64,000 nucleotides of DNA from Octopus sinensis (taxonomy: Eukaryota), in assembly GCF_006345805.1 (NCBI RefSeq), contig NC_042999.1, positions 63,860,001-63,924,000 on the forward strand. Reading direction: 5' to 3'. How positions within the stretch are numbered: position 1 is the first letter of the stretch; the number at the start of each line of letters is the position of its first letter. A program made the position numbers and the translations under genes. This document shows positions 61,801-64,000 of the stretch, in pieces. The notes under the pieces are model-generated. The model was not told where the DNA came from. It worked only from the letters and a program-made list of their open reading frames with translations, and made no database searches.

Positions 61801-62760
61801 TGTCCATGCTCGCATGGGTGGGACAGTTTGACAACAGACAGCCAGGCAGAAGCCTGCACCAGACTTTTGCAACTGTTTGAGAAGGATTTTTACAGCTGGA
61901 TGCCCTTCCTAATGCTAAACACTCACCAGGGTGGACTTAGTGCTTTTTATGTGACTCAATCACAGGCAAGGCTTTTACAGCTGGATGCCCTTCCAAACGC
62001 CAACCACTTTACAGTGTGGACTGGGTGCTTTTAAGTGGCACCTACACTGACAGGGTCACCAAGTACTTGCAAGACAAAAGTATAAATTCTCTTTTGATCT
62101 TTTGAGAAGGAAGGGGCATTGGAGGAGGTGATCTTGTGTCAAATTATGAAAGGTTATAGTGAGAGACAGATAAAGGTGAGTATGCCCGGCACTTTGCCAC
62201 CATCTTTATCCTGCTGTCTCCCACTGACTCTTTCATCTTACACTTCCTTCAGGTTGCGTAGCCATGTATTTCCTTTGCAGCAGCCCACCTGTTTCTGTCT
62301 TCATCCCTGATCTCTCCCTCTCTCTCTCTTCAGCTGGGTAACCTTGTACCTATTCTACTGCAAGACACCTGTTTCTGTCTCTGACTATAACCTTTCATAA
62401 TTTGACACAAGATCACCTCCTCCAATGCCCCTCCCTTCTCAAAAGATCAAAAGAGAATTTATACTTTTGTCTTGCAAGTACTTGGTGACCCTGTCAGTGT
62501 AGGTGCCACTTAAAAGCACCCAGTCCACACTGTAAAGTGGTTGGCGTTTGGAAGGGCATCCAGCTGTAAAAGCCTTGCCTGTGATTGAGTCACATAAAAA
62601 GCACTAAGTCCACCCTGGTGAGTGTTTAGCATTAGGAAGGGCATCCAGCTGTAAAAATCCTCAAACAGTTGCAAAAGTCTGGTGCAGGCTTCTGCCTGGC
62701 TGTCTGTTGTCAAACTGTCCCACCCATGCGAGCAAGGACATTAAACGATGGTGATGATGA
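61801..62760. repeat. Long inverted duplication of an RTE-tail variant (arms ~375 bp)
   Basis: 61801-62178 is the reverse complement of 62366-62740; the ORF track shows the same peptide on both strands. Confidence 0.95.
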
Positions 62761-62794
62761 TGATGATAATAATGAATATATACATATATATATA

Positions 62795-62893
62795 TTCAGC
62801 AGGTGCAGGCATTGATGTATGGTAAAAATGTTCTTCTCAGCCACATAGTTCTGGGTTCAGTCTCACTGCATACCACCTTGCATAAGTGTCTTC

Positions 62894-62943
<50 letters not shown>

Positions 62944-63115
62944 TGTGCATGTGTGTGTATTTATGTCCCTGTAACCCATCAGATTGGCAAAAGAGACTGA
63001 TAGACAAAGTACCAGATTTCGAAAAATAAGTACTGGTTTGACTAAGACTCTTTAAGGTGGTGCTCCAGCATGGCTGCAGTCAAATGACTGAAATGAGTAA
63101 AAGAGAGTAAAAAAG
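62795..63115 (+). mobile_element. SINE family A, internally deleted
   Basis: Head, (TA)n, tail. Confidence 0.75.
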
Positions 63116-63136
63116 AGAATATATATATATATATAA

Positions 63137-63545
63137 AATTAGAAAAAAACCCACCTTTTATCAATTCACAATGAACAATTAAATTACACCATCTAGAAAA
63201 TTACATGTATTAGAATAACAATAAAATGCCAATGATTAAGTAAATTGCAAAAAAATATAAAAACGTATATATATAATCTACCAATTATATACGTTTTTAT
63301 ATTTTTTTTGCAATTTACTTAATCATTGGTATTTTATTGTTATTCTAATTTTAATATTTCTATTATATGTAATTTTCTAGATGGTGTAATTTAATTGTTC
63401 ATTTGAATTGATAAAAGGTGTTTTTTTTCTAATTATTTATATATATAAATTATATTGTGTGAAATTTGATTTAGTATTTCTAAATTGATTTTTTGTTTTT
63501 TCCCTGTAAGTTTGGATTAATATTCCCTCAAATAATAATTATTAT
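63137..63545. repeat. Fold-back of the AT-rich element (arms ~140-150 bp)
   Basis: 63137-63277 is approximately the reverse complement of 63284-63434; loop CTACCA. Confidence 0.88.
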
Positions 63546-64000
63546 ATATATATACGTATATCATATTTTTTGCTCATGTCTGTGGAACATTGACAATAAA
63601 TCAATCATTAATGTTATATCATACAGCAATCGCTTTAATGTTGCTAACTTGGTAAAAATAATAGATTTACTATTTTGGTTAAGCTGTCTTTTTCAAGACT
63701 ACTCAGCTTCAAATTCTTCAAATTCTCCCTTGGCATAGTTCTCCACTCCTATCTGATAAAATTTTGTTTGTTTGTTTTGCCTTTGCTTTTTCTTGTCTTC
63801 TTACCTCCTCCTCATCATCCTTCCTTACTGTCCTCTCCTCCCCCTCTCCCTCCCTTGAAGTATGTAGAGTACATTAAAAAAAATTTGTTTGATATATTTG
63901 AAAAATGTATGCAAAATTGTTTCAGTGTTAGTGAGGGATGCATGATGGGACAGAAATACTGGATATAAAGTGTGCATAAATACATACATACATACTCTTT

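Overview
AT-rich, repeat-dense animal DNA, most likely octopus; this is inferred from the SINE/RTE repertoire, not from a database match. The only host gene is the lysosomal small GTPase ARL8 on the minus strand. Coding exon 1 is at 57020-57142 and exon 2 at 14137-14291, separated by a 42.7-kb intron, and the remaining exons lie off the left edge. A putative core promoter near 58.2 kb carries two MITF/TFE-type E-boxes and two ETS sites. The rest is mobile-element debris: RTE LINE 3' ends (one with RT and a PHD finger), at least three tRNA-derived SINE families, CR1 and CRE-like LINE remnants, Tc1/mariner, hAT, Helitron and TTAA-MITE pieces, and microsatellites. The most unusual pattern is a recurrent long-arm/short-inverted-arm fold-back insertion at (TA)n tracts. 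In two cases the hairpin apex sits immediately 5' of a hammerhead-ribozyme-like core, and two copies of another family turn back at the same motif, which suggests a snap-back integration mode of Penelope-like elements. Other notable features are a 50-bp-period array of duplicated 5' splice sites behind ARL8 exon 1, a near-intact minimal hammerhead at 3.8 kb, and many long inverted repeats within the pre-mRNA. Repeat boundaries were estimated by eye (roughly +/-20 bp).
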